The position numbers and the translations under genes are program-made. Below, one piece after another: positions 47,876 through 58,500 of a stretch of DNA of 64,000 nucleotides. The notes under the pieces are model-generated. The model was not told the origin of the DNA. It saw only the letters and a list, made by a program, of their open reading frames with translations, and did no database searches. Positions within the stretch are counted from its first letter, which is position 1. Each line of letters begins with the position of its first letter. This stretch comes from Candidatus Omnitrophota bacterium (lineage in GTDB: Bacteria; Omnitrophota; Gorgyraeia; Tantalellales; Tantalellaceae). The stretch spans positions 64,466-128,465 of the forward strand of contig DAONGE010000002.1 in the NCBI GenBank assembly GCA_035403965.1, written 5' to 3'.

Positions 47876-49054
47876 ATGAAGAAAACCGTTAAAGATGTGC
47901 AGATCAAGGGTAAAAGAGTGTTGATGCGCGTTGATTTCAACGTGCCTCTCGACGAAAAGAGAAATATAACGGATGACAGCCGTATAACGGCCGCTCTTCC
48001 GACGATAGAATACGTGCTCCAGAACGGTGGAAAACTTATATTGATGAGCCATCTCGGTCGTCCGGACGGGGAAGTTATGATGGAATATTCCATGGCCCCT
48101 GTCGCCGAAAGACTTTCCGAGCTTCTCAAACTGAACGTCAAGAAACTTGATGATTGCGTGGGAGAAGACGTTGAAGAAGCTGTAAGGCAGATGAAGGCAG
48201 GAGAAGTGGTTCTCCTTGAAAACCTGAGGTTCCATAAGGGCGAGACAAAGAACGACCCGGTTTTCGCGAAACAGCTAGCTTCTTTAGGCGACGTATTCGT
48301 TATGGATGCGTTCGGTACTTGCCACAGGGCGCATGCTTCTACCGAAGGTGTTACAAAATACCTTCCGAGCGTCGCGGGATTCCTGGTCGGCAAGGAAATA
48401 GAATATTTCGAAAAAGTCACGAAGAATCCAGAAAAGCCGTTCACCTTGATACTGGGCGGCGCGAAAGTTTCGGATAAGATCCCGGTCATTGAGAATATGC
48501 TGAAGAGAGTGGATTTTTTGCTTATCGGCGGCGCGATGGCATACACGTTTCTTAAGTCCAGAATGAAGGGCATAGGAAATTCCAAGGTGGAAGATAAAAT
48601 GCTTCCTACCGTTAATAAGATATTCGAGCTTGCCAGTGTGAATAAAGTCGGTATTTTCCTTCCGAAAGATCATGTTGTCGTGAAAGAGGTCAAAGAAGGA
48701 ACAAAGAGCAAGGTTGTTACAGAGCATATTCCGGATGGCTGGATAGGCCTTGATATCGGTCCCGAGACGATAAAAAGTTTTAAGTCTGTTCTTGAAGATT
48801 CCAAAACTATCGTTTGGAACGGTCCGATGGGGCTATTTGAAATGAAGCCGTTCGATGAAGGTACGAATGAATTGGCGAAATGCATGGCTAAACTTAAAGC
48901 CACTACCGTGATAGGCGGAGGCGATACGGCGGCCGCGGTAAATGAACTCGGGCTCGGCGATAAGATGTCGCATGTTTCGACCGGCGGCGGAGCTTCTCTG
49001 GAATATCTTGAAGGAAAGATCCTTCCGGGTATAGCGGCTTTGAACGATAAATAA
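47876..49054 (+). CDS. pgk: Phosphoglycerate kinase
   Basis: It has RVDFNVPLD, ILMSHLGRP, the hinge and the C-terminal GGGDT..A. Confidence 0.9.
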   Translation: MKKTVKDVQIKGKRVLMRVDFNVPLDEKRNITDDSRITAALPTIEYVLQNGGKLILMSHLGRPDGEVMMEYSMAPVAERLSELLKLNVKKLDDCVGEDVEEAVRQMKAGEVVLLENLRFHKGETKNDPVFAKQLASLGDVFVMDAFGTCHRAHASTEGVTKYLPSVAGFLVGKEIEYFEKVTKNPEKPFTLILGGAKVSDKIPVIENMLKRVDFLLIGGAMAYTFLKSRMKGIGNSKVEDKMLPTVNKIFELASVNKVGIFLPKDHVVVKEVKEGTKSKVVTEHIPDGWIGLDIGPETIKSFKSVLEDSKTIVWNGPMGLFEMKPFDEGTNELAKCMAKLKATTVIGGGDTAAAVNELGLGDKMSHVSTGGGASLEYLEGKILPGIAALNDK

Positions 49055-49082
49055 TTTAAGAAAAGATCGAGAGGAACATAAA

Positions 49083-49856
49083 ATGAGAAAACCTGTAATA
49101 TCCGGGAATTGGAAAATGTATAACGATATACCCGCGGCGGTAAGCCTTGTGGAAGGAATAAAGAAAGGCGTGACAGGAGTGAATAACGTAGAGATGATAG
49201 TTATTCCGCCTTATATCGATATCGCGTGTGTAAAAGAAGCCGTAAAAGGGAGCATGATAGGTTTCGGGGCGCAGAATCTACATTGGGAAGAGGAAGGCGC
49301 TTTTACGGGAGAGATCTCGGCGAAAATGCTGAAAAGCGCGGGATGCCAGTATGTGGTGATTGGGCACTCCGAAAGAAGAAAATATTTCGGTGAAACGGAT
49401 GAAACCGTGAACCGTAAAGTTAAAGCGGCCATTCAACACGGCATCATACCTATAATGTGTGTCGGGGAAACTCTTGAGGAAAGAGAATCCGGTAAAACGA
49501 TGAATGTGGTCAAACAGCAGGTAGAAGGCGGGCTAAAAGGGTTAGACGCTGATTTTCTTAAAACGTTGATCATTGCGTACGAACCTGTATGGGCGATTGG
49601 AACGGGAAAGACGGCAACTCCGGCCCAGGCGCAGGAAGTTCATGCTATGATAAGAAAACTGTTAGCTGCGCTGTATTCCGCGGGATTTTCCGCCGCATGC
49701 AGGATACTTTACGGCGGCAGTGTGAAACCTGATAACGTTGAATCGCTCATGAAAGAAGAAGATATAGACGGAGGATTGATCGGCGGAGCGAGTCTTAAAG
49801 CCGATAGTTTTATAGACATGGTAAAGACCACGTCAAAATTGTACGCAAACAAGTGA
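49083..49856 (+). CDS. tpiA: Triosephosphate isomerase
   Basis: It has ISGNWKM, VIGHSERR, AYEPVWAIGTGKTA and GGSV. Confidence 0.9.
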   Translation: MRKPVISGNWKMYNDIPAAVSLVEGIKKGVTGVNNVEMIVIPPYIDIACVKEAVKGSMIGFGAQNLHWEEEGAFTGEISAKMLKSAGCQYVVIGHSERRKYFGETDETVNRKVKAAIQHGIIPIMCVGETLEERESGKTMNVVKQQVEGGLKGLDADFLKTLIIAYEPVWAIGTGKTATPAQAQEVHAMIRKLLAALYSAGFSAACRILYGGSVKPDNVESLMKEEDIDGGLIGGASLKADSFIDMVKTTSKLYANK

Positions 49857-49868
49857 GGATAAAGAAAA

Positions 49869-50306
49869 ATGTATTATGTTCTGATAGCGATCCATGTTGT
49901 GGTTTGTATATTTCTGATTGCCGTTATTCTTCTCCAGGCGGGAAGAGGCGGCGGGCTTAACGAGGCTTTTGGCGGTGCTACCGAATCTATTCTTGGTACG
50001 CAGGCTCCGAATATGCTGAAGAAAGCTACCGAGATAGGAGCGATATTATTCATGGTTATATCGCTGCTTCTGGCTATAATGACTGCTCGAAGCGGTAAGT
50101 CGCTGTTCCAGCAGATGGGTGTTCCCGTATTGCCGCAGATGCCGGTTTCGGCTCCGGCGGCCGCGGGTTCGCAGCCGGCGCAATCGTCATCGGCCGGTCA
50201 GACACAGGCGGCTCCTGTACAACAGGCCGTACAGCAAGTCCCGGCGCCGGTTCAGGCTCCGGTTAAAGCCGCCCAACAGGCTCAGGCCCCGGTGGAGAAT
50301 AAGTAA
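49869..50306 (+). CDS. secG: Preprotein translocase subunit SecG with extended Pro/Ala/Gln-rich C-terminal tail
   Basis: The N-terminus has TM1 and LLQ.GRGGGL...FGG, typical of SecG. It follows gap-pgk-tpiA, the conserved operon arrangement. Confidence 0.75.
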   Translation: MYYVLIAIHVVVCIFLIAVILLQAGRGGGLNEAFGGATESILGTQAPNMLKKATEIGAILFMVISLLLAIMTARSGKSLFQQMGVPVLPQMPVSAPAAAGSQPAQSSSAGQTQAAPVQQAVQQVPAPVQAPVKAAQQAQAPVENK

Positions 50307-50322
50307 AGAACATAGACCTAAT

Positions 50323-51960
50323 ATGGTTTTATGTAAAAATATAAAGATAATAAAACGACCGTTGTTTGCTCTGCAGACAGCGGTCGTTTTATTGTTAGTA
50401 TCCTGTTCGCCGTTATATTCCCAGGAGAAAGAAGATGCTATCCCGCGAGACGCGTATGTTATTTCCAGTATAGGTGACGCGCGGGTTCTCCTCCCGATGC
50501 TTGCCGATGACGCTACATCGGCCGGCATATGCGGTCTTATTTATAACGGCTTAACAAAAATAGGGAGAGATCTTAATATCGTGGGAGATCTCGCTGAAAG
50601 ATGGGAGATCTCCGGTGACGGTCTTATTATAACATTTTATCTGAAAAAGAATGTGAAATGGCATGATGGCGCGGCCTTCACAGCGGACGATGTGAAATTT
50701 TCGTTTGAAAAAATATTGGACACTGCTTCAGGATCGCCGTATATTTCAGGATATACGGATATAAAAAAGATAGAGGTTGTTGATAAATACACGGTCCGCT
50801 TTGAGTATAAACAACCGTATTCGGGGGCATTGGTTAAACTCGGAATGGGGATAATTCCGAAACATATTTTTGAGAAAGAACCGGATATAAGAAGATCTGT
50901 TTACGCTCGGGCTCCTATCGGTACGGGACCTTATAGATTTTCAAAATGGGAGAGTGGGCAATACATGATCCTGGAGGCGAATGAAGGATATTTTGAGCAC
51001 GCGCCGGGGATAAAATATTATGTATTCAGGATAATACCCGATCAATCCGTTGAATTCCTGGAACTTGTCTCGGGTGGTATAGACGCGATGAGGCTCAATT
51101 CGTATCAATATAAATACCGGAGTGAGACCCCGGAATTTTCCGGGCGTATCAATAAATATTCCACGTTGGCCCCGACCTACACCTATATAGGATATAACCT
51201 GAAAGATCCGGTACTTTCGGATCTGAGGGTCAGGAAGGCGCTGAGTTACGCGATAAATAAAAAAGAGCTGATAGATGCGGCGCTTTTTGGTTTCGGAGAG
51301 CCGTGTACCGGCCCTTTTAGGAAAGATTCAGTTTATTATGATCAGTCGGTCACGATGTATGAGTACGATCCGGAAAAGGCAAAGACGCTCTTGGCCGAGG
51401 CGGGGTGGAAAGATACGGACGGGGACGGGATACTTGAAAAGGACGGAAAAGAGTTCCGTATCGAGCTTGTGACGAACCAGGGTAATCAGGAGAGGGAGGA
51501 CGTCGCGACGATAGTACAGCGGGAATGGGCTAAGGTTGGCGTTAAGATGGAAATTAAAGTCGTAGCGTGGGCGGCCTTTCTCGATCAGTTCATCGATAAG
51601 AAAAAATTCCAGGCCATACTACTCGCGTGGGTCATTCCGATAGATCCCGATCTTTACGCGGTGTGGCATTCGGATTCCATCGAGAACGGCGGGTTGAATT
51701 CTATTTCGTATTCGAATAAAGAAGTGGATAAGCTCATAGAGGCCTCGCGCAGAGAGCTTAACGTCGAGAAGAACGCGGCCATTTGTCACAAGATACACAG
51801 GATACTGGCCGAAGAAGCGCCGTATACGTTTTTGTTTTTCGGATATTCTCAGATAGGGATAAATAAGCGTTTTTCCGGCGTGGATCCTGCCCCGGCAGGA
51901 GTCGGATATAATTTTGAGGATTGGTATGTTGATGAAAAAGAAGTTAAATATAAATTTTAG
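50323..51960 (+). CDS. Peptide/nickel ABC transporter substrate-binding protein (family 5, OppA/DppA-like), probable lipoprotein
   Basis: The ATG at 50323 follows the secG stop. The signal peptide has an LLVSCSP lipobox, and the SBP_bac_5-like body is flanked by opp-type permeases. The 5' extension in the track overlaps secG and is rejected. Confidence 0.75.
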   Translation: MVLCKNIKIIKRPLFALQTAVVLLLVSCSPLYSQEKEDAIPRDAYVISSIGDARVLLPMLADDATSAGICGLIYNGLTKIGRDLNIVGDLAERWEISGDGLIITFYLKKNVKWHDGAAFTADDVKFSFEKILDTASGSPYISGYTDIKKIEVVDKYTVRFEYKQPYSGALVKLGMGIIPKHIFEKEPDIRRSVYARAPIGTGPYRFSKWESGQYMILEANEGYFEHAPGIKYYVFRIIPDQSVEFLELVSGGIDAMRLNSYQYKYRSETPEFSGRINKYSTLAPTYTYIGYNLKDPVLSDLRVRKALSYAINKKELIDAALFGFGEPCTGPFRKDSVYYDQSVTMYEYDPEKAKTLLAEAGWKDTDGDGILEKDGKEFRIELVTNQGNQEREDVATIVQREWAKVGVKMEIKVVAWAAFLDQFIDKKKFQAILLAWVIPIDPDLYAVWHSDSIENGGLNSISYSNKEVDKLIEASRRELNVEKNAAICHKIHRILAEEAPYTFLFFGYSQIGINKRFSGVDPAPAGVGYNFEDWYVDEKEVKYKF

Positions 51961-51972
51961 GATCCAGATATA

Positions 51973-52953
51973 ATGCGCAAGTACATAATAAAAAGATTGT
52001 TGTTGGTGATACCGATGCTGATCGGGATATCCTTCCTTCTTTTTCTTGTGATGCATCTTTCTCCGTCTGATCCGACCGCGGTGCGTTATGGATTGAACCC
52101 CGAGGTCTCTAATTCCGCGCGGGAGAATTTCAATAAACTTTACGGGTTGGACAAACCTTTTTTAGAACAATATCTGAACTGGATGGGGCGTTTTGCCCGT
52201 ATGGATTTTGGCAATTCTTTTATAGATGACGCGCCGGTCAGGGAAAAGATCTTATCGCGTCTACCGGCTACACTTCTGCTCGAGATGGTCTCGCTTTTCG
52301 TTATATTGCTGATCTCTCTGCCGCTCGGGATAACGAGTGCCGTGAAAAAAGGGACAAAGTTCGATAATATATCGACCATTACGGTCTTTATCGGTTATGC
52401 TATGCCGACCTTTTGGCTTGCGCTGGTCCTTATTTATATTTTCGGGTACAAACTTGAATGGTTCCCGATCTCAGGGATGAACCCTTGGTATTTTCAGTAT
52501 TTATCTGGTTTCGATAAGATCAAAGACGTTTTGTGGCATCTTGTGCTACCCGTGGCCGCGACGTCGTTCGGTTCTCTCGCTGTTCTGTCTAGATATTCTC
52601 GTTCAAGTATGATCGAGATCATGGAACAGCAGTACATAATGACAGCGCGCGCGAAGGGGCTTACTGAGAACCGCATCATATATGTTCACGCGCTGAAGAA
52701 CGCTTTATTGCCCGTAGTTACGATACTTGGGTTGTCGCTGCCGGGGCTCATATCCGGAAGTTTTATTTTTGAGACCATATTCGCGTGGCCTGGCATGGGG
52801 AGATTGGGATATGAGGCGATAATGAATTATGATTATCCGGTTGTAATGGGTGTTTCTGTCATGGCGACTTTGCTTACTTTATTCGGGATATTGATAGCTG
52901 ATATTACATACGCGTTCGTGGATCCAAGGATCAGATACGAAAGAAAAAAATGA
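51973..52953 (+). CDS. ABC transporter permease (OppB/DppB-like)
   Basis: It has six TM helices and the EAA-like motif region typical of BPD_transp_1. Confidence 0.8.
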   Translation: MRKYIIKRLLLVIPMLIGISFLLFLVMHLSPSDPTAVRYGLNPEVSNSARENFNKLYGLDKPFLEQYLNWMGRFARMDFGNSFIDDAPVREKILSRLPATLLLEMVSLFVILLISLPLGITSAVKKGTKFDNISTITVFIGYAMPTFWLALVLIYIFGYKLEWFPISGMNPWYFQYLSGFDKIKDVLWHLVLPVAATSFGSLAVLSRYSRSSMIEIMEQQYIMTARAKGLTENRIIYVHALKNALLPVVTILGLSLPGLISGSFIFETIFAWPGMGRLGYEAIMNYDYPVVMGVSVMATLLTLFGILIADITYAFVDPRIRYERKK

Positions 52954-52954
52954 G

Positions 52955-53788
52955 ATGAAGATAAGATTAATGTTCGGGATAGCGATAGTGATAATAATGG
53001 CCGCGGCGGCGGTGTTTGCGCCGTGTATCGCGTCACATAGTCCGGTGGATATGAACCTTTCGGCGGATAATGTTCTGCAGCCCCCGTCGGCGGAACATAT
53101 TTTCGGAACGGATAATCTCGGCAGAGATGTTTTCAGCCGTATGGTATACGGCGCTCGTGTATCGCTTAGCGTGGGATTCATCGCGGTGTTCATATCCCTT
53201 GTGGTCGGGGTTTTTCTCGGCGGACTTAGCGGTTATTACGGCGGGAAGATAGACGCCGTTATTATGCGTTTTGTGGAGATCATGTATTGTTTTCCGACAT
53301 TTTTTCTTATCATGATGATAATAAGTTTTCTGGGGCCGAATATCGTGAACGTCATGATAATAATAGGCCTTACCAGCTGGCCCGGGCTATGCCGACTTGT
53401 CAGGGCGGAGTTCCTGACTTTAAGGGAGAGAGAATTTGTTCAGGCCGCGCGTGTGCAGCGTGTTCCGGATCTCAGGATAATTTTCAGGCACATACTGCCG
53501 AACGCTATGGGGCCGGTCTATGTAAGCGCGACTTTAAGCGTAGGTTCGGCGATACTTGTAGAGAGCGCGTTAAGTTTTCTAGGTCTCGGGGTTCAGATAC
53601 CGTCTCCGAGTTGGGGGAATATCCTGACCGTCGGAAAAAATTATATCGACTACGCGTGGTGGCTGACGGTGTTCCCAGGGGTTTCTATATTGCTGACCGT
53701 GCTGAGTTTTAATCTGATAGGCGAAAGTTTGAGAGAGATGCTTGATCCTCGTTTAAAGGAACGCAAAGAGTTGGATGTGATTGTGTAA
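52955..53788 (+). CDS. ABC transporter permease (OppC/DppC-like)
   Basis: It has a BPD_transp_1 fold with an N-terminal OppC-type TM helix. Confidence 0.8.
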   Translation: MKIRLMFGIAIVIIMAAAAVFAPCIASHSPVDMNLSADNVLQPPSAEHIFGTDNLGRDVFSRMVYGARVSLSVGFIAVFISLVVGVFLGGLSGYYGGKIDAVIMRFVEIMYCFPTFFLIMMIISFLGPNIVNVMIIIGLTSWPGLCRLVRAEFLTLREREFVQAARVQRVPDLRIIFRHILPNAMGPVYVSATLSVGSAILVESALSFLGLGVQIPSPSWGNILTVGKNYIDYAWWLTVFPGVSILLTVLSFNLIGESLREMLDPRLKERKELDVIV

Positions 53789-53804
53789 TGTAATTTAGAA
53801 TATT

Positions 53805-53880
53805 AGTTGGGAGTTAGGAGCTAGGAGACGGGAGGGTTAAATCCCACCCCCTCCTGACTCCAAGCTCCAAACTACTAACT
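53805..53880 (+). promoter_or_regulatory. Intra-operon long stem-loop (GGAG-repeat arm pairing with CTCC-repeat arm)
   Basis: An imperfect inverted repeat of about 35 bp, agttgggagttaggagctaggagacgggagggtt ... accccctcctgactccaagctccaaactactaact, sits between the permease and ATPase genes. Confidence 0.45.
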
Positions 53881-53890
53881 AAAGTAGAAT

Positions 53891-54700
53891 ATGAATATTA
53901 TGTACAACATACTTGATGTAACAGATCTGACCATATCTATCGGTGGCCGGAAGGTCGTGGATAATGTAGGTTTTTCCGTTCCTCAGGGAGGGGTGCTGGC
54001 GCTTGTTGGTGAGTCCGGGAGCGGCAAGACCATGACAGCCATGGCGATATTAAAACTTCTGCCGCCCGCGGCTAAGATAGAAAAAGGTAAAATAATATTC
54101 CGCGGAGAAAATATTCTTGAAAAAAAAGAGCGCGATATGAGAGGAATACGCGGCAGACGTATCGGTATGGTTTTTCAGGAGCCCTTTACCGCGCTTAATC
54201 CGGTGATGCGCGCCAGTGATCAGATAGCAGAAACATTGATTGCGCACGGTATTTGTAAAAAACAGGATCTTAACGCGCGTGTGAATGATCTTCTGGGAAT
54301 GGTTAAGTTGCCGATAGAAGTGAGAGGAAAATATCCCCATGAATTGTCAGGTGGGATGAGGCAGCGCGTTATGCTCGCGATAGCGCTTTCGTGCGATCCG
54401 GAATTTCTTATACTGGATGAGCCTACCACAGCGCTGGACGTGATGCTTCAAAAACATATCTTGGATACTATAAAACATATACAGAGGGAGCGCAGAATAA
54501 CGACACTTTTTATCACGCATGATCTTTCGGTGGTGAATATGCTTGCCGATAATGTTTGCGTTATGAGGAACGGTCTTGTTGTCGAATCGGGGTCGCGTTT
54601 GGACGTATTAAAGTCGCCGCAGAAAAAATACACGCAGCATTTGATAAGCTGTATCCCGGTCCTGGGGGATAAAAGACGTCGTTTGCCGGTGGAAATATAA
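53891..54700 (+). CDS. ABC transporter ATP-binding protein (OppD/DppD-like)
   Basis: It has Walker A GESGSGKT, signature LSGGMRQR and Walker B ILDEPTTALD. Confidence 0.85.
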   Translation: MNIMYNILDVTDLTISIGGRKVVDNVGFSVPQGGVLALVGESGSGKTMTAMAILKLLPPAAKIEKGKIIFRGENILEKKERDMRGIRGRRIGMVFQEPFTALNPVMRASDQIAETLIAHGICKKQDLNARVNDLLGMVKLPIEVRGKYPHELSGGMRQRVMLAIALSCDPEFLILDEPTTALDVMLQKHILDTIKHIQRERRITTLFITHDLSVVNMLADNVCVMRNGLVVESGSRLDVLKSPQKKYTQHLISCIPVLGDKRRRLPVEI

Positions 54701-54709
54701 GGAAATTCA

Positions 54710-55435
54710 ATGATAAAGCTCGATAACGTAAAAAAATATTTCAGACAGAACACGATGTTCGGAACGGCCGCGAATATCGTGAAAGCTGTAGATGGCGTAA
54801 GCTTTTCTGTCGATAAGGGGAAAACATTCGGTCTTGTAGGCGAGTCCGGATGCGGGAAGACCACATTGTCGAAACTGATTACGGGGCTTATTGAGCCGGA
54901 TAGTGGTAGCGTAAAGGTGTCTGGAGACGTCGATATGGTTTTTCAGGATCCTTTTAGCTCTTTAAATCCGCGCATGACGATCGAGGAAATAATAGCTGAA
55001 CCTCTTCTTGTCAGGGGAATTAAACGGTCAGCCGCTTTGACAAAAGTCGCCGAAACGCTGAATATGGTGAAACTTGGCAGACGCAGCGTTCTTAAAGGAT
55101 ATCCGCATCAATTCTCTGGCGGCGAGCGACAGAGGATAGCTATCGCACGAGCGATTATACGCCGTCCGGCGGTGTTGATCCTGGACGAACCGGTATCGAG
55201 CCTCGATGTTTCGATACAGGCCAGCATACTGAATCTTCTTAAAGATATCCAGGAAGAATTGGCTCTAACATATATTTTTATTTCACACGATCTTCGTGTG
55301 GTTGAATTCATGTCGGATATCATCGGTGTGATGAAGGATGGAACGCTTATTGAGATTGCTTCGTGCGATGATATTTATAGCTCGCCGAAACATGAATATA
55401 CGCGTCGGCTTATAAGTGCAATCCCGACTATTTGA
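54710..55435 (+). CDS. ABC transporter ATP-binding protein (OppF/DppF-like)
   Basis: It has Walker A GESGCGKTT, signature FSGGERQR and Walker B ILDEPVSSLD. Confidence 0.85.
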   Translation: MIKLDNVKKYFRQNTMFGTAANIVKAVDGVSFSVDKGKTFGLVGESGCGKTTLSKLITGLIEPDSGSVKVSGDVDMVFQDPFSSLNPRMTIEEIIAEPLLVRGIKRSAALTKVAETLNMVKLGRRSVLKGYPHQFSGGERQRIAIARAIIRRPAVLILDEPVSSLDVSIQASILNLLKDIQEELALTYIFISHDLRVVEFMSDIIGVMKDGTLIEIASCDDIYSSPKHEYTRRLISAIPTI

Positions 55436-55590
55436 GCATGAAAGATTTTTGGCGTTTTTAATATAGGTATCATTTGATTTGCTGGAAAATAATTCTATTG
55501 TCTAAATATTTGTATAAATGATATAATGTGTTAGCTCAAATAACAGACAGTTTTAGATCTGAAATAAAAATGCGGTAACTGCGAAAAAAT

Positions 55591-58500
55591 ATGATGAGGA
55601 TTCCTCAATACATAAAGCAGGTAGTCCGAAAATGTGCGATATGTAGTATCGTTTTGATTTTTCCTTTCAGTAATTTTTGTCCTCCAAATCAAGTGTTTGC
55701 ACAGGAAAGCCGGAATGCGACCCTAAACATATGGACTTATACCCAGAATGCCCCGGTTGCGCGAGAATTTTTAGCGGACGAATATAAAAAAAGTGGTTTT
55801 TTCCGGGAAATAGAAGGTGCGACAGCCGAGACGGCAAGGTATAGTGAGTTGCTTGAAAACGGTGCTGTTGATGCCGTTCCAATGCCGTCAGGGGTATATC
55901 TTATACGCGGGAAAACCTTGTCGGAACCTTTGTCGTTAATACGTGCTGTCATATATGCGGATTATAAATTAATGACCGAAAGAGAGATGCGTGAGCATGC
56001 TGCAAGGTATGAGGAATTAGAGAGACACATCCTGATGTCTGAAGAATTCGAGGAAGCACGCGAACTGTATACAAAGATAGATCCCGCAACGAAACAGAAC
56101 GGTGATATTTGTTTAGCGAGATTTATCGCGAAGGCGTTTGAACTCGATATGCTTGTGACGAACCGGTTGATAGATCGGAAAGATCTCAGCATGGAAGAAT
56201 TGTCGTTTTTTGCGATGGTGGATCCTCTGCTTCGAGAGAAGGAGGAAAGTGGGGAATATAAAAATTTTCCGGCAATATTTTTCAATGCCGCGGAACGGAT
56301 GGAAAGCGTTCTGGGGCTGGCCGGAAGAGACTCGGATGTTGGCAGATACTTAGCCGGAAGGCCTAAACTGCCCAACATGATGATGGCGGTAAATTTGATG
56401 GATGTAGGGTCTGAGGTGATAGACGGGCAGGTCGTATACCGTAACAGTCTGCGTAAACTTAGGGCTATGTTGCCCGGATTCGCGGAGGACGGTTTTGAAA
56501 AGATATACATCTATGGTGGGCTTTATGAAATGGGGGAACTGTCGAGAAAAGTGCATCAGGTGCCTGATGAGAGTAGATATTTTATAAGGGACGGGAACGC
56601 TACTGTGATGGTCGAAAGATATCTGACCAAGCGGAAACAAATGGGGAATTTGACTCTCAAGGATTCTTTTGGCAATCCGTTCTCGATAAAAGGAATGGCG
56701 AAATGGAATGCCGGTCTTTCCGAAAGCAATGTAGAGAAGGATGTTAATGACCTGATGGAAACCGCACGTGCCCTTAAAATTAAAATGGTGGCGGATTTTA
56801 TCCCGTGGCTCTCGCCGGGCGCGATCAGCGTCGATAATTACAAGATGACTTTTTACAGCGAAATATCCGAGTATGAGAATAATGAATTTAGGAACATGTC
56901 GAATGAGGAAGAAAAAAGTAGATGGATCGAGCGTCTTCTGTCCAGAAATGGCGGGCGTTGTGCGGTAAGGATAACCGAGGGTGATGTAGAACGTGTGATA
57001 TTGGTACATCATCTAAGATTTTATGGAAGCCATAGTTCGGATCAGGTCATGTTAAATCCATATAGTTCCGCGGTAAGACAATATTATAAAGACTCATTGA
57101 AAAGATTTATAGACCTTGGTTTTGACGAAGTTCGTGTGGATCAAGCGGCGCTATTATTATCAAAAAACCTTTCGGAATATGGTATTTATGGACCGTGGCC
57201 GGTAACCGTAACCAATAATGATGAGATGTGGTGTGAAGTGATAAGTTTCGCTAAAGAATATGCGATGCGAAAAGGAAAAAGTATCAAGCTTAATATGGAA
57301 ACATACGATTCCTTTGAGCAAGGGGCGTTGCTCGGCATGGGGGCGGATCGTGTGTATGACGGTGATATATTCGACACATTTTATTATTTGGGTCGAGGGC
57401 ACGGATGCGCCAGGGCGTTGGATCTGCCCGTAAAAAAAGCGCTGGAAGACGGGGATAGAGATCTTATATATCCTACCAATTTTGATCAGATGTCACTTAA
57501 AGCCATCGGCGGCGCTACAAAAGGATTCACGATGCTTCTTATTGCTTTATCTCATCTTGGTGTGAATTCTATGGTGGATATGCGGGAATATCTTGGGGAG
57601 ATGGGGCACATTATACCCATTGTCGGGGGCAATAATTCCGGTAAGGATGGACATCCTTTTCTGGAGGAGACGGAGCTGGAGAGCAGACAGACTTTTGACG
57701 ATCTTATGAGACTTGCCCGTGAGTCGGAATGGAAACGGCTCGCTATGGAATTCAACCGTGCCGTGACAACGAGAGAAGGAACGGATATACGTACGCTGAA
57801 CAATTCGGATACGGAAAGATTTTTTTCCATAATATGGAAGACGGAAGCAAATACATGGCAAATGCTTACGATCGATACAGATCCCGCTAAGCCGAAAACG
57901 TTGGTAAAGGTCGAGCTTCCGCGCGATTATGTGAGAATTAACGGAGATAGCAGAAAAATATCGGCATTTTGCGCTATGCCGGACGGCGGTCATGCGGAAG
58001 CCGGACTTTCAAACTGGGGAGATGGGGAAAATCTTTCGGATGTGGTTGAAGTGCCGTTCGGAGAAAGAGAAGAATATAAACTTGTAACAGTCGTACAGGA
58101 TGATTCAGGGGCTTTTTACCGTATAAGGGCGCAAAATGACCGATCATTCAGTTTGATGGATGAAATAAAAAAGGCCGCGGAAAATCTCAGAAAAACGGTC
58201 AAAGAATCACTGATGTCATTTTCAGCTTCGTTCGGTGAGGTGCGGAAGCATATTTGTGAGGTCAACGATGTTTCAAAATTGAGTGTCTGTATGCCGATCG
58301 ATGTTTTGAAAAGGACCGTGGATATCCCAATGATGGCTCGTGGGAATATATTAATAGCCAGGACGCTTCAAAAAAAGAATATTTCCTTCGAGCTTGTTAT
58401 TACCGGAGTTGAAGAGACGGACATGGACAGCGTGACCGCTCTCGGTAAACAGCAAATAAAAAAGCTGCTTAATATCTCGGACGATTTTATTGTAAAGGTT

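Noticed and set aside
47854-48585. Minus-strand 243-aa ORF and other ORFs (47133-47471, 47246-47656, 47813-48235) in or around the gap-pgk spacer and pgk
   Set aside because: They are either antisense to pgk or lie in the palindromic, homopolymer-rich spacer. Their translations are low complexity and their lengths are a by-product of the inverted repeats.
50119-50322. N-terminal 68-aa extension of the SBP ORF (Arg/Pro-rich) overlapping secG in another frame
   Set aside because: The extension is antisense-like Arg-rich junk inside secG. The real start is the ATG at 50323, which is followed by a lipoprotein signal peptide.
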